DNA of 64,000 nt, taken from positions 166,431 through 230,430 of the forward strand of contig CALSOH010000003.1 in assembly GCA_943787925.1 (NCBI GenBank), read 5' to 3'. The DNA comes from an uncultured Flavobacteriales bacterium. Its GTDB lineage: Bacteria > Bacteroidota > Bacteroidia > Flavobacteriales > Schleiferiaceae. Numbering within the stretch: the stretch's first letter is position 1; each line of letters starts with the position of its first letter. Below, in pieces: positions 60,341 through 64,000 of this stretch. The position numbers and the translations under genes are program-made. Below the pieces are notes generated by a model, which was not told the origin of the DNA, did no database searches, and saw nothing but the letters and a program-made list of their open reading frames with translations.

Positions 60341-61942
60341 TTATTGTAAAGACTTTACGTGCTTCAATAAGGCCATCGTAGAAGAGTCGTGTGCGCCCAG
60401 CTCACCGTCGCCTTCCAATTCGGGAAGGATGGCATTGGCCATTTCCTTGCCCAGTTCTACGCCCCATTGGTCGTAGGAGTAGACGTTCCAAATCACGCCC
60501 TGGAAGAAGATTTTGTGCTCGTACAAGGCGATTAAGGCGCCCAAGGCGTAGGGAGTTAGCGCGTCGAACAAGAGGGTACTCGTCGGGCGGTTGCCTTCGA
60601 AAACTTTGTAGACGGTGGCTGCTTGGGGGCGGCCGATGGCGAGGGCCTCTGTTTGGGCCAAGAAGTTGCTAAGCAGTTTGGCGTGGTGTGCGTGCAGGGG
60701 ATGCTGCGGCTGAACGGAGGCGATGAAATCGGCGGGAATGAGTTCCGTGCCTTGGTGGATGAGCTGGTAGAAGGCATGCTGGCCATTGGTGCCGGGTTCG
60801 CCCCAAACAACGGGGCCGGTGGCGTAGGTGACGCGCTCCCCGTTGCGGTCCACGTACTTCCCGTTGCTCTCCATGTCGGCTTGCTGCAGGTAAGCTGCGA
60901 AGCGGTGCAGGTACTGGTCGTAAGGAAGGACCGCGTGGCTCGCGGCGTCCATGAAGTTTCGGTACCAAATGCCCAAGGCAGCCATGAGCATGGGGATGTT
61001 TTGGCGGAAGGGGGTTTGGGCCGTGTGCTGATCGATCGCATGGGCGCCGTCCAAGAACTGCTGGAATCCGTCGGCCCCGATGGCGATGCACAAGGGCATG
61101 CCGATGGCGCTCCACACGGAATAGCGACCGCCGACCCAATCCCAGAAGCCAAAGGTGTTCTTTTGGGAAATGCCAAAGGCCTTCACCTTTTCCAGGTTGG
61201 TGCTGAGGGCCACAAACTGCTTTTGCGTACAGGCAGGGTCGCCCAATTGCTGGATGAGCCACGTGCGCGCCGCTTCCGCATTGGCCATGGTCTCTTGGGT
61301 GGTGAAGGTCTTGGAGGCGACGATGAAGAGGGTGCGCTCGGGATCCACTTGGAGGAGGCATTCGTGCAAGTCCGAACCGTCCACGTTGGCTACAAAGTGC
61401 ATCTGGATACCGCGATCGCTGAAGGGCTTCAGGGCCTCAACGGCCATGCGGGGCCCCAAGTCGGAACCGCCGATGCCGATGTTGACGACGTGGGTAAATT
61501 TCTTGCCTGTGAAGGACTTTTTGCGGCCGTCGCGGATGGCTTCGGCAAAGGCAAACATGCGGTCGCGTTCCCCTTTGGCCAGGGCGCGGGCGTCCTCGCC
61601 GTTAACGAGGAGGGCTTCGGTGCGGGGGTCGCGCAGGGCGCTGTGCAGGACGGCGCGGTTTTCGGTTTGGTTGATGGCCTCCCCAGAGAGCTGAGCTTGG
61701 AGGGCTTCGGGGGCACCGCATTCGGTGAAGAGCTGCTCCAAGAGGTTCAAGGTGGTTTCACTCACGCGGTGCTTGGCGTAGTCGAACAGCAGCAAATCGG
61801 CTACCCGAACGTGCATGCGCTCAAAGCGATCCGCCTCCGACGCGAGCAGGTCGCGCAAGTGCCAATTTTTGGCTTCGACGGCATGGGCTTCTAGGGCTTT
61901 CCATGCAGCAGTAGTAGTAGGGTTGACCGAGGGGAAGGACAT
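60341..61942 (-). CDS. pgi: glucose-6-phosphate isomerase
   Basis: 533 aa with [23 protein letters not shown] and [11 protein letters not shown]. Confidence 0.95.
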   Translation of the reverse strand: MSFPSVNPTTTAAWKALEAHAVEAKNWHLRDLLASEADRFERMHVRVADLLLFDYAKHRVSETTLNLLEQLFTECGAPEALQAQLSGEAINQTENRAVLHSALRDPRTEALLVNGEDARALAKGERDRMFAFAEAIRDGRKKSFTGKKFTHVVNIGIGGSDLGPRMAVEALKPFSDRGIQMHFVANVDGSDLHECLLQVDPERTLFIVASKTFTTQETMANAEAARTWLIQQLGDPACTQKQFVALSTNLEKVKAFGISQKNTFGFWDWVGGRYSVWSAIGMPLCIAIGADGFQQFLDGAHAIDQHTAQTPFRQNIPMLMAALGIWYRNFMDAASHAVLPYDQYLHRFAAYLQQADMESNGKYVDRNGERVTYATGPVVWGEPGTNGQHAFYQLIHQGTELIPADFIASVQPQHPLHAHHAKLLSNFLAQTEALAIGRPQAATVYKVFEGNRPTSTLLFDALTPYALGALIALYEHKIFFQGVIWNVYSYDQWGVELGKEMANAILPELEGDGELGAHDSSTMALLKHVKSLQ

Positions 61943-61947
61943 AGGGG

Positions 61948-62481
61948 TTAGGGATTTTCGGAGGTAGGGGCCTCAAACCAAGAGGCATACATCACGTAGT
62001 TGGTGGCAATGCGTTCGACTTCGCCCTTTGTGAGTTCGGGGCTGATGTCTTTGATTTTTTTGGCGGGGATGCCCGCAAAGATGCTGCCGGCGGGAACGTG
62101 GGTGCCGGCGGTGAGCACGGCGCCGGCGGCGATGATACTATTAGATTCCACCACGCAGCCGTCCATGATGATAGACCCCATGCCGACGAGGACGTTGTCG
62201 TGCAGGGTGCACCCGTGCACAATGGCGTTGTGGCCTATGCTCACATTGTCGCCGATGGTCGTAGGAAACTTTTGGTAGGTGCAGTGGATGACGGCGTTGT
62301 CCTGGACGTTGACGCGGTGGCCCAATCGGATAAAGTGGACGTCGCCGCGCACGACGGCGTTAAACCAAACCGAACATTCCTCGCCCATCTGCACGTCCCC
62401 CACCACGGTAGCGGTAGGCGCTAAAAAGCAGCTGTCAGGGATGTGAGGAGTATGGCCTTGGACGGGGAGAATGGTTGGCAT
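61948..62481 (-). CDS. gamma-class carbonic anhydrase / LbH (YrdA-PaaY-like) family protein
   Basis: Left-handed beta-helix hexapeptide repeats and conserved His residues ([10 protein letters not shown]). Confidence 0.85.
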   Translation of the reverse strand: MPTILPVQGHTPHIPDSCFLAPTATVVGDVQMGEECSVWFNAVVRGDVHFIRLGHRVNVQDNAVIHCTYQKFPTTIGDNVSIGHNAIVHGCTLHDNVLVGMGSIIMDGCVVESNSIIAAGAVLTAGTHVPAGSIFAGIPAKKIKDISPELTKGEVERIATNYVMYASWFEAPTSENP

Positions 62482-62493
62482 AGTCCCAGAAAG

Positions 62494-63096
62494 TTATACC
62501 GGAACGACGTCATCCACCAAGGTGGGCAGCATGCGCTGCAGGATGTTTTTGATGCCTTGCTGAAGGGTCAGGGTGGAGCTGGGGCATCCCGCACAGGCGC
62601 CTTGAAGCTGCACTTTGACCACTTTGTTCTCATAGGCGACAAAGGCAATGTTGCCTCCATCTTGGGCGACGGCGGGCTTCACAAACTCCTCCAAAATATC
62701 GACGATACGCAATTCGATGTCACCCAGACCTTCCAGTGGATCCACGGCGGGCGCCTCTTCGGATTCGGCTGTTTGCGCTCCTTTGGGCGTACCAGTGAGT
62801 ACCGGTTTACCGGCTTGGATGTAGTCCAGAATAAACTGGCGGATCTCCTGAGTCACCGTTTCCCATTCCACCACATTGTACTTCTGAATCGCAATAAAAT
62901 TGCTCGACATAAAGACCTCTTTGACAAAGGGAAAGTGAAAGAGTTCGGTGGCCAAAGGAGAAATTGCCGCCTCTTCGATGTTGTGGAATTCCACATGGTC
63001 GACATCGACCACCATTTTATTGGCGACGAACTTCATGACTGCCGGGTTGGGAGTCATTTCCGCATAAATGCTGACGGGAATGCGTTGAATTTCCAT
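62494..63096 (-). CDS. NifU-family Fe-S cluster protein (Nfu N-terminal domain plus NifU C-terminal domain)
   Basis: C-terminal GACAGCPSS motif. The N-terminal part resembles the Nfu/NifU_N scaffold domain. Confidence 0.8.
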   Translation of the reverse strand: MEIQRIPVSIYAEMTPNPAVMKFVANKMVVDVDHVEFHNIEEAAISPLATELFHFPFVKEVFMSSNFIAIQKYNVVEWETVTQEIRQFILDYIQAGKPVLTGTPKGAQTAESEEAPAVDPLEGLGDIELRIVDILEEFVKPAVAQDGGNIAFVAYENKVVKVQLQGACAGCPSSTLTLQQGIKNILQRMLPTLVDDVVPV

Positions 63097-63220
63097 AGGA
63101 CAAAGGTACCGAATGCATTTGGCATGCGCCCGCCGTTCTGGCCTTATTTTTGCTCAACTTAGCAGGATTCTGACGCGCAGGACATGGGTTCTGTGTTCGA
63201 AGCCCTCAAAACAGACGCAG

Positions 63221-64000
63221 ATGCTTGATTTTCTACTTTACTTCCTGGTCCTCAACGTCTACGGTTCGTTGATCACGTGGAAATTTTTTGCCGCCAATGG
63301 AAAGCCCGTCTGGGCTGCCTGGGTTCCCGTGTACCGAACCTATGTGTTGACCCAGCTCGCAGACCGCCCTCGCTGGTGGACCTTCTTGTGCTACATCCCC
63401 GTCGTGGACAATGTGATGTCCCTGATTTTGACCTACGAATTGCTGCATATGCACGGCTTTCGGGAGAACAAACACATCTTCTTGAGTATCGCTACGCTGG
63501 GTCTGTACGTCGGGTATTTGAATTATTCGGCCGAATTGAAACCCGGGACCCGCGACGATGCCGAAATCCGCCGCCGCATGCCCGCGACGGTGAACCACAT
63601 TTTGTTTGCCGTGGTGGCGGCTGGCGCGATTCGAATGACCACCTTCGAGGCCTATAACATCCCGACCGGCTCCATGGAGAAGACCCTCATGGTGGGCGAC
63701 TACCTCTTCGTGAGCAAGATGCACTATGGCTTGCGTTTGCCCAACACACCACTCAGCATCCCCTTGATGCACAATTTGATTCCGTATACGCAAGCGCCGA
63801 GTTACTTGGAATGGATTCAGCTTCCCTACGTGCGGATTCCCGGCTGGACCCAGCCCAAGAAGGGCGATGCCGTCGTCTTCAATTTCCCGACCGACCCTGA
63901 CCGCCCCGTCGACAAGAAAGAAAACTACGTGAAGCAATGCGTGGGAACTCCCGGGGACACCTTGAAAATCGTGGACCGCCAGGTTTACACGAATGGCGAG
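63221..64000 (+). CDS. lepB: signal peptidase I with N-terminal membrane extension (3' partial, runs off the window)
   Basis: My translation from ATG 63221 gives MLDFLLYFLV ... IPTGSMEKTLMVGDYLFVSK ... VKQCVGTPGDTLKI. The frame is open to nt 64000. It is absent from the ORF track because there is no stop codon in the window. Confidence 0.85.
   Translation, partial: MLDFLLYFLVLNVYGSLITWKFFAANGKPVWAAWVPVYRTYVLTQLADRPRWWTFLCYIPVVDNVMSLILTYELLHMHGFRENKHIFLSIATLGLYVGYLNYSAELKPGTRDDAEIRRRMPATVNHILFAVVAAGAIRMTTFEAYNIPTGSMEKTLMVGDYLFVSKMHYGLRLPNTPLSIPLMHNLIPYTQAPSYLEWIQLPYVRIPGWTQPKKGDAVVFNFPTDPDRPVDKKENYVKQCVGTPGDTLKIVDRQVYTNGE

Noticed and set aside
60623-61894. 423-aa ORF on the plus strand
   Set aside because: Antisense to pgi, Gly/Ala/Val-rich and low in complexity, with no motifs. 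A shadow ORF.
62443-63162. 239-aa plus-strand ORF
   Set aside because: Antisense to the NifU-family gene. A shadow ORF.
63233-63937. 234-aa minus-strand ORF
   Set aside because: Antisense to the clear signal peptidase I frame (IPTGSMEKTL, GDYLFVSK) that runs off the window end.

Overview
64-kb chromosomal segment from a fairly high-GC (upper 50s % by eye) member of the Bacteroidota. The phylum call rests on T9SS C-terminal sorting domains, TAnnTTTG-type -7 promoter boxes, and DUF4199, Lacal_2735 and four-helix-bundle genes. Most of the window is housekeeping: sucA-sucB, katG, exbB-exbD-exbD, dusB, rbfA plus an FtsX/LolE-like permease, an MsbA-like ABC exporter, mce, a sulfate-activation operon (SLC13 transporter-cysC-cysD-cysN), rplM-rpsI, rpsB-tsf-pyrH-frr, pgi, a NifU-like gene, and the 5' part of lepB. 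There are three tRNAs: Ser-GGA, Met-CAT and Val-GAC. I found no rRNA, CRISPR array, transposase or integrase. Six things stand out. (1) A dispersed family of CTAG-rich hairpin repeats forms tandem arrays directly after, or overlapping, stop codons. Each array is co-oriented with the gene it abuts, and the subfamilies differ by compensatory stem changes. Related 8-bp arrays belong to the same family. (2) A lower-GC four-helix-bundle gene cassette is bracketed by these arrays. (3) A low-GC islet next to tRNA-Met carries DUF5681-like, DUF1566-like and tail-fibre (S74 chaperone) genes, followed by a T9SS cargo gene. (4) About a dozen genes are interrupted by frameshifts that cluster in a few patches, which points to local indel errors or decay of accessory genes. 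(5) A sulfotransferase-like gene and a class IV aminotransferase gene sit beside the PAPS-producing operon. (6) Smaller oddities include a duplicated tRNA-Val 3' end with its terminator, a perfect CDGSH Fe-S motif out of frame behind a YdeI-like gene, and a chimeric ORF with a HAD-hydrolase tail. All functional calls come from motif recognition in the translated ORFs; no database search was run.
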